The translations under genes were made by a program, and so were the position numbers. Positions 36,238-49,375 of a stretch of DNA of 64,000 nucleotides are shown here, one piece after another. Numbering within the stretch: the first letter of the stretch is position 1; each line of letters begins with the position of its first letter. Below the pieces are notes generated by a model. The model was not told where the DNA came from and ran no database searches. It was given only the letters and a program-made list of their open reading frames with translations. The stretch is from Octopus sinensis (taxonomy: Eukaryota), in contig NC_043015.1 in assembly GCF_006345805.1 (NCBI RefSeq), positions 28,272,001 to 28,336,000 on the forward strand, written 5' to 3'.

Positions 36238-36756
36238 CTAGGGAGTCCAAAGAATAACAGTCGACTGATTCAACCAGAAAAAAAAATTATACTTTATAGG
36301 AATGAGTATCTTTTCTCCTATTCTTTACTACCTATTACACATGAATACACACAGATTTATACATACATCTTTCTCTCTCTCTTCATAAATACATACACAC
36401 ACACATAATATATATGCAATTAAAATCTCGACAAATAAGAAAGATAAAGCAATGAAAAAAAATAGACAAAACTAGAACATAAAAAGACGACATTAACAGG
36501 CAAATATATACAGATTTTTGCATGTTAATGAGAAAGAACACGAGGCGAGAAAAGTGAAAGAAGATCAGATGATTTAAACAAGACGTGGGTAGAGGGTACA
36601 TCCTGCAGACTTCAAAGCAGCACACTAGTTTTAATTGCATACTTGTTATCTGAAGGGAAAGAGTGTGTCTGCAATGTAGATAACGCAAATAATCTACATA
36701 GTTATTATATACATAAAGGCGTCACACGAAAACGCATACGAAAACCCTTCGCACAC

Positions 36757-36764
<8 letters not shown>

Positions 36765-36838
<74 letters not shown>

Positions 36839-36913
36839 AGAGATAGATAGATGATAGATAGATGATAGATATATAGATAGATGATAGATATATAGATAGA
36901 TAGATAGATAGAT

Positions 36914-36984
<71 letters not shown>

Positions 36985-36990
36985 TCATAT
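36765..36990. repeat. Compound microsatellite (TA)n-(GA)n-(GATA)n
   Basis: Direct reading. Confidence 0.95.
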
Positions 36991-37941
36991 ACGAGCAGAT
37001 TCTTTGTGTAACTTGTGCTAAATAATGTGATATCTCTCGCAGTCTCTTAAGAAATATTGATGACATGGATGATGTTTGGATGCGAAATCGCAATGCTAAT
37101 TGCCTCCTTAACAAAATGGATTTATTTGGTTCGCATCTAATAATAAATACACACATGATCAGACATAACAGTTTCTGAAAAAACAAGTAAACACGATATT
37201 TTTTTTCCTTTAATATATATCAGCGCGCGCAAAAGTGTGTGTATGTATGAATGTGTGTGTAAGTGTGCAAGTGCGTGTGTAATCAGGTTGCTATCTGAAA
37301 CCTCATCTCATTCATTCATTCAACATCTTTCTCTAATGGTTGGTCAGTCACACATCACCAGAGCCTGCTTTCTTCTCTCTTTGTCTTCAATTTCGAATCT
37401 CGTTCCCACAGCTGCTCTGATGATAAGTTTTTTTTTTTATCTTAAATAAGTATGAGTCCATCCGTTATTGTGTGTGTGTCTGTGTGTGTGGAAAATATCA
37501 GAATGGTTGAAGGGATTGTATCAACATATTTCTTTTTTTCGACAATGTCACATTAGTCACTGAATACATCCAAAATTAGTGGATTCGTCTCAGCAGAAGC
37601 TTAACCCTGTATAAATCTAACAGAATCAATCCTATCGTTCGTTTATGCTCCGAGATCAAACTGTACACCTGTCAATTTGTGGCTTTGTGTAATAAAAATC
37701 ATTGTTATTCCAAACTTACATTATTAACCTGCGCACAAAGCATGCAAGAAATCGAAGGTTTCGTTTTAATACCAGTTCTTGCTATGCTGCAAATACTCGT
37801 AAAAAAAACACCATATTTACTTAACTATATATACATGCTTGTGTGTGAGGTGGGAAAGCAGTGCCGTTATAGTATACTGGGAGACTGCCTCGGGGCCCCA
37901 CGAGCAAGGAACCCAACGCTAATCTATCTATATAAATATAT

Positions 37942-38153
37942 ATACTAAGTAATTAAGGGTTCAGCAACGATTTGCCTCACCTTGACTGCTACTTCTAAAT
38001 TCGGTGTGTGGTGAGGCAAATCGTTGCTGAAACCCTTAATTACTTAGTATTACTTAAACCTTCCTTGAAGGGGTCTTTTACATGCCGAACTCTACTTGGT
38101 GAAATTAATGATTATTTCTAAATTAATTAATTTCCCTTATATATTATTATCGA

Positions 38154-38158
<5 letters not shown>
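37942..38158. mobile_element. Asymmetric palindromic element, internally deleted copy of 55681-55975
   Basis: atactaagtaattaagggtt...aacccttaattacttagtat plus the shared 3' extension; (TA)n flanks. Confidence 0.75.
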
Positions 38159-38217
<59 letters not shown>

Positions 38218-38220
<3 letters not shown>

Positions 38221-38411
38221 GGTCCCGGGTTGAGTCGGGGTTAACCACAGTAAATAAGGTACTCAATACATCAGAGTAAATTAATTATTTTATAGAAGGA
38301 GCTTCTACAGGACTAGAACTGTTCATTCAAAAGAAATCATCAGGAGCTTCCTGATGATTTCTTTTGAATGAAACAGTTCTAGTCCTGTAGAAGCTCCTAT
38401 AAAATAAATAA
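38218..38411. mobile_element. Penelope-like or retrozyme-like palindromic element in (TA)n
   Basis: Arms about 38284-38344 / 38350-38411; inversion centre inside hammerhead stem I. Confidence 0.7.
38343..38397 (+). ncRNA. Type I hammerhead ribozyme motif, near canonical
   Basis: GGAGCTTC-CTGATGA-T-TTC-TTTT-GAA-T-GAAA-CAG-TTCTAGTC-CTG-TA-GAAGCTCC: 8-bp stem I, 3-bp stem II, stem III, GUA triplet. Confidence 0.8.
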
Positions 38412-40261
38412 ATATATATATATATATATTATGGATAGCTGTTGGTAAATAAATGCCACAGGCTCCAGAGCATTGCTTGGTCTGGACAGCAGGGGTTGCT
38501 TTAATGCTGTTATGACGGCCCTGTGTAGAGGGAAGCTTCAGTCGCCTGTCAATCTGGTTCAAGATACAGCAAGCAGACATTCAATACTCAGTCATATATC
38601 TGTGTTAATGGTCGCACTACACTTAACTATCATGTTTATATCTCTGGCTTCCTGAAATGTTTGTCAATATTTCTAGTCGCTTCACGTGATTTTTTTCAAA
38701 TACGAAATACACATATTTAGCAGATGCGAGTATTAATTTAATTAAAATTCCGTTTCTTTTTCACATATATACATTATATTAAGTTACATCCTTGGCCTCT
38801 ATTACCCAAGAATGCTATCTTCACTCTAGTCTACAAATTACAGGACATTTTATTTCATTCAGCTTATATGCTTAATAAAAATAAACAAGATAAATTCGAT
38901 AATATATCATTAAGTGAAATATCCCCCGATGGAATAAAGATTTTTCTCTTCTTTTTTTCGTTTTTGCGCTCATAGCAAATTGTACAGCAGTCGCGGTTCA
39001 TGCTAAGACTTCCAAAACATGAGCTGCCTTCCTTCCTTTGCCTGCAACACATCCCAAACAGGTGTCTTTTACTGAAGAATTTTAAAAACCCAACCCCTTT
39101 CATTTCATTTATTTGTTTGTGTTTTCTGTAAAATGGAACACTGTATATTTAAATCGTATCAAAATTCAAAATTCTTGGAGAGAAAAAAAAAACAAGTGCG
39201 TGTGTGGTGTGTGTGTGTGTTTAATATAAAAAGATGTTTAATTAATTATATAGAGGGGTTTATTTACAATTAGTCAACTTCCCTCCCCATTCTCGGCTTC
39301 GGGTTCTGGCGGGCTCATTAAAATAAAACTGTATTCTGTATATATACTAAGAGTCGATTCAGTTGACTAAATTTATTTACAAAAAAAATGGTCTCGTGTG
39401 TTGTCATAATAAATTATTCATCTCTTATACGGACATAATAAGAAAGTCCCATTTATTACCTTTCTTCAAAGCATTAGCAAGGAATTGAAACGGAATTGCT
39501 ATAATTGGAAACCGAAACCGGTTCATAAATTTAGTTATTTACGCTAGACTCTTAACCCAAACTCTACAGCACTTGTTATTAATTTCACCCGAAAACAGAA
39601 TACCAATTAGTGTGTGATGATTATGGAAGGAGCGGGGTTTCATGGAACAAACCCCAATATAAGTTTATTGATGCATTATCGATAGAAAATAAGAAAAACC
39701 TCGGCTCGATAACAAACTGAATATATTAAACCGTTTAATATAATACTTAGTTTCTTTAAGAAATTATTATTATTATTATAATTATTATAATTACCAGTCA
39801 AGTACTGGTTGATCTAATCCAATACACCTTACTCCGTTCCAAATTTCAAGGTTTTGCTTTGTGCCTATGTTAAGAGCAATTATTATTATTATTTATTAAA
39901 AAGCTGATTAAAGCAAGATTAGATAAGACAGTGGGGGATATGACTGGATTAACTTGCTTTAAATATACACAGTTAGACTACTTTATATGGAAGAAGGCAG
40001 CGGATTAGTTTAACAACAATATTAACAGTTGTTTTGTAACAGAGATTTATATATATTATGTGCACGGGACCTCAGATATTTAGGTAGAATGGAATATTGC
40101 TATGTAATAGTAATGCTTTTCCGCTAATTGCAGTAGTACCCTTATTAAACCGATGGATAGAATTGGGTATGGAAAAAACAGCCCCTTCTCCTCATTCAGT
40201 ATGCCGGGAGCTTTAAATTTCCCTCCCCAGCTCCCCTTTAATCCACTCCAAACGGTAAAAC

Positions 40262-40400
40262 CTGTAGAGAGAGAAAAAAACACTCAACAAGGAAATACAA
40301 AAACAAATGGTATTTACTACAACGAACACTTTTTACTATTACTACTGCTACTACTATTAATAATAATAATAATGGAAAAGGTATATTTGTTATTCCTTAC
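40262..40400 (-). other. Candidate 139-nt intron of a minus-strand transcript
   Basis: Donor GGAGG|GTAAGG at 40400; acceptor tttttttctctctctacag|G at 40262. Confidence 0.4.
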
Positions 40401-40832
40401 CCTCCGGTTCCTTTGGTGGGCAAGACAGAACGTTGAACGGTTGCTCCGTGGACAAGTCAGACATTGGAAAAACCAGAATGTTAATTAAGGTTGAGAGGGG
40501 GGGCAAAAATCAAAGTGAAAATGCGAATAACATGACTCCAAGAGAAAGGAAAAACAATGCCATATGAATATGGATGGAACGGTCGTTTTGTTGCTTGTCT
40601 TTCTTTCTTTCTTTCTTCCTCTCGCTATTTTTTCTTTCTTTCTTTCTTTCCTTGTTCTCACTCACTCTCTCTGCAGATATAAATAAATATATGTCCTCTA
40701 AAACTCAGAGCTCTTTAATTTACCAATAATGTATATTGTATTGTATATATATATAATATAAATTGCTCTTTCTTTCTTTCGTTGGGTGTGTGTATATATG
40801 TGTGTGTGTGAGAGTGAGTGAGTGAGCTGCAC

Positions 40833-41097
40833 AGTTTTGGTTAGCGTCAACCAAACAGAAAAACGAGAGAAGAAGAGTCGGGGGGGGTTGAAGAAGGAGG
40901 AGGAAGAGGAAGAACCGACTGTGCCAGATACAACACTGAACACAGCAGCTACAACGACAACAACAACAACAATAATAATAATAGACAGAGAAACAGCAGC
41001 AGCCAGAGATCAGCCGCAACAGCAGTGACAACCACAATAAAACTACAGTAGCAGCTACGACAACAACACCATCATCATCATCATCATCATCATCATT

Positions 41098-41132
<35 letters not shown>

Positions 41133-41329
41133 TAATATTATTATTAAATGGTGCTAGAAGCAGCAGTAGCAGCAGCGGCCGCGGTAGCAGCAGCAACTGT
41201 AATAAAAAAACGATATCAAACAATAGCAAATATCGAAACCGCAGCAGCAGCAACAACAGCAGCAACAGCTACGGGGGGTTTTTGGGGGTGGGGGGCTTTT
41301 TTTTTTTTTTTAGGGCGGGTGGGCAGCTA
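40833..41329 (+). other. Candidate plus-strand first exon (long 5' UTR rich in trinucleotide repeats)
   Basis: Inr-like gcacAgtt at 40833; donor |GTAAGT at 41330. Confidence 0.3.
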
Positions 41330-41340
41330 GTAAGTGATAA

Positions 41341-41666
41341 GGCGATCTTTCGTCTCTAGTAGACCTTTCCGTCGATTTCCGTAAAAAACTTCTTTTTTTT
41401 TTTTTTTACATATGGGCTTGTTGCGGTCTCCCACACCCCCATCAAACACACACACGCACACACACACACACACACATGTACATCAATGCTTCCCATGCAC
41501 GGTAACTTCAAAAGAACTTCCCTCGTCATACAATCGCTTTCTCTTTAGTCTCTTTCGCTCTCGTTACTTCAAAAGTTCCCGCAAGCCCATATGTAAAAAA
41601 AAAAAAAAAAAAAAATTTTTTTTTACGGAAATCGACGGAAAGGTCTACTAGAGACGAAAGATTGCC
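41341..41666. repeat. Long inverted repeat (about 87-bp arms, about 150-nt spacer) of single-copy sequence
   Basis: 41341-41427 pairs with 41579-41666; the outer 48 bp are perfect apart from one G-T. Confidence 0.9.
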
Positions 41667-41939
41667 AGTGATAAATCACAACAACAGCAACAATTTATAT
41701 AGATAGGGCAAAAAAAAAAAAGGAAAAGAAAAAAAGAAATACACCAACGACTAATATAAATAAAATAATATAAATATAAAAAAGACAAGCAACAAGAGAG
41801 GACTGAACTGTTATAAAAAGCAGTGCATTCATTCCTGGAGTGTTATGTACAGTGCAAACACACAACTGCACACACCTGACTATCTAAATATCTGTCGGGT
41901 GCTTCTATCTATGTATGAATGTAACACCTGTCTGTCTGT

Positions 41940-42245
41940 ATGTATGTGTGTGTGTGTAGGTGTGAGCGCTCGCTGTTTCTATGTATATGTACATATATAT
42001 ATATATATATTATAATATATATAATGTATATAATATTATATATGATTATATATATACATATATAGTATATATATATTATATATGTATATATATATATATT
42101 ATATATATATGTTATATAGATATATTATTATTATTATATATATATTATATATAATGTATTATATATATATATATATGTGTATATATATATAGATATGTAT
42201 TATATATATATATTATATATTATATATATATATATTATAATGTAT

Positions 42246-42277
<32 letters not shown>

Positions 42278-42433
42278 GGTATATATATATTATATATGTA
42301 TTATATATATATATATATATAATATATAATATATATTATATATATATATATATTATTATATATATTATATATTATATATTATATATATATTATATATATT
42401 ATATATACATATATATATAATTATTATAATATA

Positions 42434-42477
<44 letters not shown>

Positions 42478-42500
42478 GTGTGTGTGTGTATTGTGGTTAA
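41940..42500. repeat. Long degenerate (TA)n microsatellite
   Basis: Direct reading. Confidence 0.95.
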
Positions 42501-42879
42501 CACAAGCTTACAAACAAATGTATAATCACGACAATCCAACATGTGGTGAGGGTGTATATTATATATTATATATGCGTATGTATGTATACACACATACAAA
42601 GACTTGCGCACACACACATATACACGAACTCACTCACACACACACACACACATCAGATTTTATGCTCAAAACTTCACCTTTACTCTGAGTTTCATATTTG
42701 AAAATCGGAGTAGCCATTTATGACGTTTACAAATTCCCAGTAAATTTAGATATTTCACCTCACTCTCAGCATTGAGTACCCACTTTTCTCCTTATGGCTT
42801 GCACTTATATACTTGCTTATATATAATGTATGTGTGTGTGTGTGTGTGTGTGTGTATATACATACATATATCTCTTTCT

Positions 42880-43287
42880 CTCTTTTTCTCTTTTACTTGT
42901 TTCAGTCATTTGACTGCGGCCATGCTGGAGCACCGCCTTTAGTCGAGCAAATCGACCCCGGGACTTATTCTTTGTAAGCCCAGCACTTATTCTATCGGTC
43001 TCTTTTGCCGAACCGCTAAGTGATGGGGACTTAAACACACCAGCATCGGTTGTCAAGCAATGCTAGAAGGACAAACACAGACACACAAACATATACACAC
43101 ACATACATATATATATACACATATATACATATATACAATGGGCTTCTTTCAGTTTCCGTCTACCAAATCCACTCACAAGGCATTGGTCGGCCCAAGGCTA
43201 TAGCAGAAGATACTTGCCCAAGGTGCCATGCATTGGGACTGAACCCGGAACCTTGTGGTTGGGAAGCCAGCTTCTTACCACACAGCC
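42880..43287 (-). mobile_element. SINE-A
   Basis: SINE-A consensus. Confidence 0.92.
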
Positions 43288-43755
43288 ACACCTGTGCCTA
43301 TATATATCTTTTAAATTCATTTATGGTAACATTAGGGGTATGCAAATAAAGGTCCTATTTCAATGCTAGCATGGGTTGGACGATTTGACTGAGGACTGGC
43401 ATACCAGATGGCTACACAAGACTTCAATCTGATCTGGCAGAGTTTCCACAGCTGGATGCCCTTCCTAACGCCAACCACTCCGAGAGTGTAGTGGGTGCTT
43501 TTACGTGCCACTGGCACGAGGGCCAGTCAGGTGGTACTGGCAACGCTGCTCAAATGTGTTTTTAATGCTCCTGCACAGGAGCCAGTCAGAGCACTGGACG
43601 ATGCTGAATTTTTTTTTCAGGCGCCACCTGCACAAGTGCTAGTAAGGCGACACAGGTAACGATCACGCTCGAATATATTTTGAAAAGAAGTGACAGATTA
43701 TAGAATAGTGAAGGAACCCAAACAAATAAATGAAAATACCAATGTTTAAGATGAA

Positions 43756-44160
43756 GCGCAGGAGTGGCTGTGTGGTAAGTAGCTTGCTTACCAACCACAT
43801 GGTTCCGGGTTCAGTCCCACTGCATGGCACCTTGGGCAAGTGTCTTCTGCTATAGCCTCGGGCCGACCAATGCCTTGTGAGTGGATTTGGTAGACGGAAA
43901 CTGAAAGAAGCCTTTCGTATATATGTATATATATATATGTGTGTGTATGTTTGTGTGTCTGTGTTTGTCCCCTAGCATTGCTTGACAACCGATACTGGTG
44001 TGTTTACATCCCCGTCACTTAGCGGTTCGGCAAAAGAGACCGATAGAATAAGTACTAGGCTTACAAAGAATAAGTCCCGGGGTCGATTTGCTCGACTAAA
44101 GGTGGTGCTCCAGCATGGCTGCAGTCAAGTGACTGAAACAAGTAAAAGAGAGTAAAAGAG
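43756..44160 (+). mobile_element. SINE-A (mosaic diagnostics)
   Basis: SINE-A consensus. Confidence 0.92.
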
Positions 44161-44410
44161 ACTACAACTATAGAAACAGTGCAAACGCCACAATAATAGG
44201 GGTGGTATGAATCAATTTGGTCAACAGACTCTACTATATAGCAGCTGACAACCTGTTGGGTTCAGAATTTATTGAGGGGAGGCAGATCTTGAATGAAATA
44301 GAACAAAGAGATGTTCTACCATCCTTAAATCTGCTGGATGAATAACAAATAAATCCAACGCCACTACACACACTTACATCCCCATATTACTGCCATTTCT
44401 TCCTCTAATC

Positions 44411-44629
44411 CAGTGGTTTTCAACCAGGGTTCCGCGGAACCTTAGGGTTCCGCCAGTACAGTCCAGGGGTTCCGCAAGAAGTTACAAAAATGCTAAAATC
44501 GACAGTAATTTTTAATTTTCCTGTGCAGATATGTGTGCATAAGGCAATTAAATTATTGCACAGGGGTTCCTCGAGCCAGTGGAATGTTTCCTTGGGGTTC
44601 CGCTCCAGCAAAAAAGTTGAAAAGCACTG
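44411..44629 (+). mobile_element. hAT (Charlie-like) MITE
   Basis: TIR cagtggttttcaac / gttgaaaagcactg; perfect 8-bp TSD CTCTAATC. Confidence 0.9.
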
Positions 44630-44994
44630 CTCTAATCCTATAACCTACCTCCCCCTACCAAGTACATACAGAAATACCCAGGTACCTAGATTGGCCTTCA
44701 TACTGACAAGAAGGGCTAAACATCCCTCTGTGATTCCTCCAATAATTCAGTATCGCCTGATGAAATGGATCAATGATGATGATCAAAAGGATACCCATGG
44801 ATAATACAGACTATACTGTACTAATCCCAAGGATACCGACTCGGATGTCAAAATCGTGATTTGTGGAAACGCACGTAGCGATGTATTAAATATTTATAAA
44901 TGCCATCCAAGAATTATTGTTATTATTATATTTATCCTACATTTTATCGGTATAATCATGATGTAGTCCCCCAAAAACGATCTTTTATACAATA

Positions 44995-45510
44995 TCATCA
45001 TCATCATCATCATCGTTTAGCGTCCGCTTTCCATGCTAGCATGGGTTGGACGGTTCGACCGGGGTCTGGGAAGCCAGGAAGCTGCACCAGGCTCCAGTCT
45101 GATCTGGCAGTGTTTCAACAGCTGGATGCCCTTCCTAACGCCAACCACTCCGTGAGTGTAGTGGGTGCTTTTTACATGCCACCGGCACAGGTACCAGAGG
45201 AGTCTGGCAAATGGCCACGATCGGATGGTGCTTTTTACGTGCCACCGGCACGGAAGCCAGACGACGCTGGCAACGGCCACAAATGGATGGTGCTTTTTAT
45301 GTGGCCACCGGGCACGAGGCCAGTCGGGCGACGCGCTGGCAACAGCAACGTCGGATGGTTTCTCTTACGTTCCACCAGCACTGGTTATCTCACCTGCAAT
45401 TTCCATTGATCGATTTCAATTCTGATTCTCACTTGCTTCAAACAGGTCTTCACAAGTAGAGTTTTGTGTCCCAAGGGAAGGTATGCATAAGCTGGCACGG
45501 CACATCCCAT
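44995..45510 (-). mobile_element. Family C retroposon
   Basis: (CAT)n end and family C consensus. Confidence 0.85.
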
Positions 45511-45540
45511 GGTATATACATATATATAAATATATATATA

Positions 45541-46111
45541 TTGGGTTGTCCGGGAAGTTTGTGCTGATTTTAAAGGAAAGGAAAAGGTCAATAATACTTG
45601 CCATTACATTTTTAAATCAACCAGATATGACCATTTTGTGCACAATGCATCTCCATCTTTCCTTTAATTCGAAAAATACCCTCTCCCAGAATTGAGGTGG
45701 TTTCATGGCAAAGAATACATCAAGGTATCTTTTTATGTCATCCAAGGAATTGAAATTTTTACCCTTAAGACTATTCTGCAGAGACCTGAATAAGTGGAAA
45801 TCCATAGGAGTATATCTGTGGTAAATATGGAGGGTGGGGTAACATATCCCAGCTGAGGCTGCCAGCAATTTTGTCCAGTCCCAAAGCATCCCTTAAGTAC
45901 CAAATATGAACTTTTTTATCTTCTATTTTAAAGGGTTACAGAATTAAACACAGGTTATAGGAACATAAACCTTCTTCCATGAAAAGATAGCTTAAACTGT
46001 GCTCTAAATGTGTAGGTGTAGTCAAATCCTATTTTATGGACTCAACCATGTTTAAAAATAAGCTGAAAGGTAAGCTACTATAAATCGGCAGGAACTTTCC
46101 AGACAACCCAG
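45541..46111 (-). mobile_element. Internally deleted mariner (same family as 12082/19467) lacking the piggyBac insertion
   Basis: TA-flanked TIRs; ORF 45617-45889 includes DFHLFRSLQNSLKGKNFNSLDDIKRYLDVFFAMKPPQFWE...LKERW. Confidence 0.88.
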
Positions 46112-46235
46112 TATATATTTATATATAATATATATATATATATATAATATATATATATAGTGAAAGTGCTGGTCAGTGGTTAGCAGCACTTTTGCTCAAA
46201 CAGAGATAACAAGTTCCTTCCCGGACCAGGTTGTG

Positions 46236-46335
46236 NNNNNNNNNNNNNNNNNNNNNNNNNNNNNNNNNNNNNNNNNNNNNNNNNNNNNNNNNNNNNNNNN
46301 NNNNNNNNNNNNNNNNNNNNNNNNNNNNNNNNNNN
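46236..46335. other. Assembly gap (100 N)
   Basis: Run of N. Confidence 0.99.
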
Positions 46336-46391
46336 AATTTTTTAGTTACGTGGAAATTATTTTAAAAAACTGCCGTTCAAACCGAAAAGAT
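46336..46391. mobile_element. End of a Merlin-like MITE (same family as 58880-59311), truncated by the gap
   Basis: aaaaaactgccgttcaaaccgaaaagatcc TIR. Confidence 0.75.
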
Positions 46392-46812
46392 CCACAATTT
46401 CTTTGTTGCGATATGTCCAATTTATTGAGGCAGTGTGACTTGCGGCAAATACCAATTCTATTTTTTTGGAACAACTATGAAATTTCATTTCGCAATTAAA
46501 GGGTTAATTAAAAAGAAGTTGGTAAATGCTGCTCTGCTGTAACGAGTTGAGTTAGTGAGATGTCAACATTCAGCTTTCTAAAGACCAGACAAGATTTGTC
46601 ACACCTTGCACTCGATCCAAGGTATGTTGCTATGATCGCATGCATTGGTGCATAATTGTAGTCGCAGAGGCGAATCAGCCCAATCCCTTGTCATAGTTGA
46701 AACAAATTCAGAGAGATTCTGAACGAAAGGGACGTACAGCATCTCAACCAGTGCCTCATAATTCTGCTGGGAGAGGTCCAATCCAGATTTCTTTATTTAC
46801 CTATAAAGGTAT

Positions 46813-47196
46813 ACTCTTACTCTCTTTTACTTGTTTCAGTCATTTGACTGCAGCCATGCTGGAGCACCGCCTTTAGTCGAGCAAATCGACCCCAGGACTT
46901 ATTCTTTGTAAGCCCAGTACTTATTCTATCGGTCTCTTTTGACGAACCGCTAAGTGACGGGGACGTAAACACACCAGCATCGGTTGTCAAGCAATGCTAG
47001 GGAGACAAACACAGACACACAAACACATATATACGACAGGCTTCTTTCAGTTTCCGTCTACCAAATCCACTCACAAGGCATTGGTCGGCCCGGGGCTATA
47101 GCAGAAGACACTTGCCCAAGATGCCCCGCAGTGGGAATGAACCCGGAACCATGTGGTTGGTTAGCAAGCTACTTACCACACAGCCACTCCTGCGCC
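46813..47196 (-). mobile_element. SINE-A (subfamily 2)
   Basis: SINE-A consensus. Confidence 0.92.
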
Positions 47197-47857
47197 TATA
47201 CATAGAGGAGACACCACAAGAGACGAACGCTTACATTCTTACAAACGGATGGGGTTACAATGAAATGGAAAGAAATCGAATGTTGAATATAAAAAGATGA
47301 AATAGAATTATGTACAATTAAAAACTGCAAATATAATGTTCCGGGTTCATTTTTAATTAACCCGCCGGTTTTTATCTCCTTTGGTATTTTTTTTTCACGT
47401 TTTTTCCTTCTTTTTCGCCTTGACCGGCTGCACTAGCACGGCCCCATTCCATCCTCAGCTTCCTTACTACAGACATCCGTCTTTTTTCCGAACGTACTTT
47501 GCGACAGGCCCCTTTTCTCCAGACGGATCTCCCTCAACAGGTGGAAGTTAAAATGACTTACAAACCTGTGTCCGGAGATGAAGTGACCTAACCCAGAGAT
47601 CCAATCCAGAATGGTCTATGAGGATATTTTTCAATCTATGTAAATTTTCATTTGTTAAGTAAATTACCATTTGCTAATTGACGAGGTGATTGCTTGCTCT
47701 TCCCATGATTCCATGTACCAGAAACTGCCCAATTTACTTGGCGAAGGACCGTAACACGGAAGGAATGTTGCTTTAAAGTTTAATACCTACAATCACAACA
47801 CCCACGTATTAACGATAGCTGTAAAGGGCAAGCGTATTCTACGGTACCCTTAGCTGA

Positions 47858-48277
47858 AGGCGGCGAGCTGGCAGAAACGTTAGCACGCCGGGCGAAATGC
47901 GTAGCCGTATTTCGTCTGCCGCTACGTTCTGAGTTCAAATTCCGCCGAGGTCGACTTTGCCTTTCATCTTTTCGGGGTCGATTGAATAAGTACCAGTTAC
48001 GCACTGGGGTCGATATAATCGACTTAATCCGTTTGTCTGTCCTTGATTCTCCTCTCTGTGTTTAGCACCTTGTGGGTAATAAAGAAATAGGTATTTCGTC
48101 TGACCTTATGTTCTGAGTCCAAATTCCGCCGAGGTCGACTTTGCATTTCATCCTTTCGGGGTTGATTAAATAAGTACCAGTTACGCACTGGTCTCGATAT
48201 AATCGACTTAATCCGTTTGTCTGTCCTTGTTTGTCCCCTCTGTGTTTAGTCCCTTGTGGGTAGCAAAGAAATAGGTA
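47858..48277 (+). mobile_element. SINE-B, full head plus one tandem body repeat
   Basis: ggcggcgagctggcagaaacgttagcacgccggg head; ggtacccttagctga on both flanks looks like a TSD. Confidence 0.88.
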
Positions 48278-49199
48278 CCCTTAGCTGACCAATATCTTTA
48301 ATAAAGTGTATCTGTACGGAAACCCACCTTATATGTGTGTATGTACGCGTGTGTATCTTTCGCTGATGTATATTGGCGAAATGAGTAAACATCAAGGAAA
48401 CTCGAAATAGCGGTGTTCGAACGAAATCCTTTGAGGTATTTCTTCATAGATTTACAAGCAGTTTCTGCTCTATTTGTTGTATAGTCAAGCGAAACTGATG
48501 ATCTACAGGGCTTCCAAAACCTCGTGGAATGCATGGAGGAAAGTATCCTAAAAGCCTGGGACCGTGGCTCGAATGCTTGTAACAGAATGAAAACTAAATG
48601 CACCAAAGGTGCCAGTTCACTAATTAAGGTTATCAACGTTATCACTATGGCAAAGAATCAGAATAAATGCTGCAAAACAGGTTCTTTGGCATTTGTACAG
48701 GTCCTTTAATCTACCGCCTTAGATTGGTACTTCCTCCGCATTTTTTGGGGAGAGCGGGGTGAAGTTGACTTCGGCGTGTAGGAAGTTGAAATAAATACTA
48801 CAAGCCATTTATTTCCGATTCTCTATATAACTCCCGTTAATTCACCGCCCATCATAATAAATCATATCGACGCTATTGTTCACCATTTGGGACATAAACT
48901 ATAAATAGTTACAACCGTGAGAGAGACGTCTTGCTCTTTCACATCAAGACACCAGCAGTTCGACAATCGCAATATTTGCAAAAAGAAAACATCAATTTAA
49001 TTCAAATCTGTCTTTTGAGGTTGACACAACCTAATCCTGTCCTCATGCAATTCCGTGATTATTTGCGAATTCATCAACCGTTGCGGGGTACGTTTGTTTT
49101 TAAAGCCAACTGCACTTTCCCTTGATCGAACCTATTAAAAAATACACATCCGATTTCTAACAGGCAGCAGTACTAACATACATACACTGTCTACGTGTA

Positions 49200-49211
49200 T
49201 GTTTACCTTTT

Positions 49212-49291
<80 letters not shown>

Positions 49292-49328
49292 CCTATCTAT
49301 CTATCTACCTACCTATCTATCTATCTAC

Positions 49329-49375
<47 letters not shown>

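Noticed and set aside
40720-41330. Poly-L/N/D/A ORFs
   Set aside because: Trinucleotide repeat tracts; more consistent with UTR or promoter sequence than with coding sequence
46176-46499. 107-aa ORF spanning the N gap
   Set aside because: Artefact of translating through unknown bases into a MITE end
48290-48710. Non-repetitive stretch with 60-115 aa ORFs
   Set aside because: Multiple stops, no motif recognised, no clear splice sites
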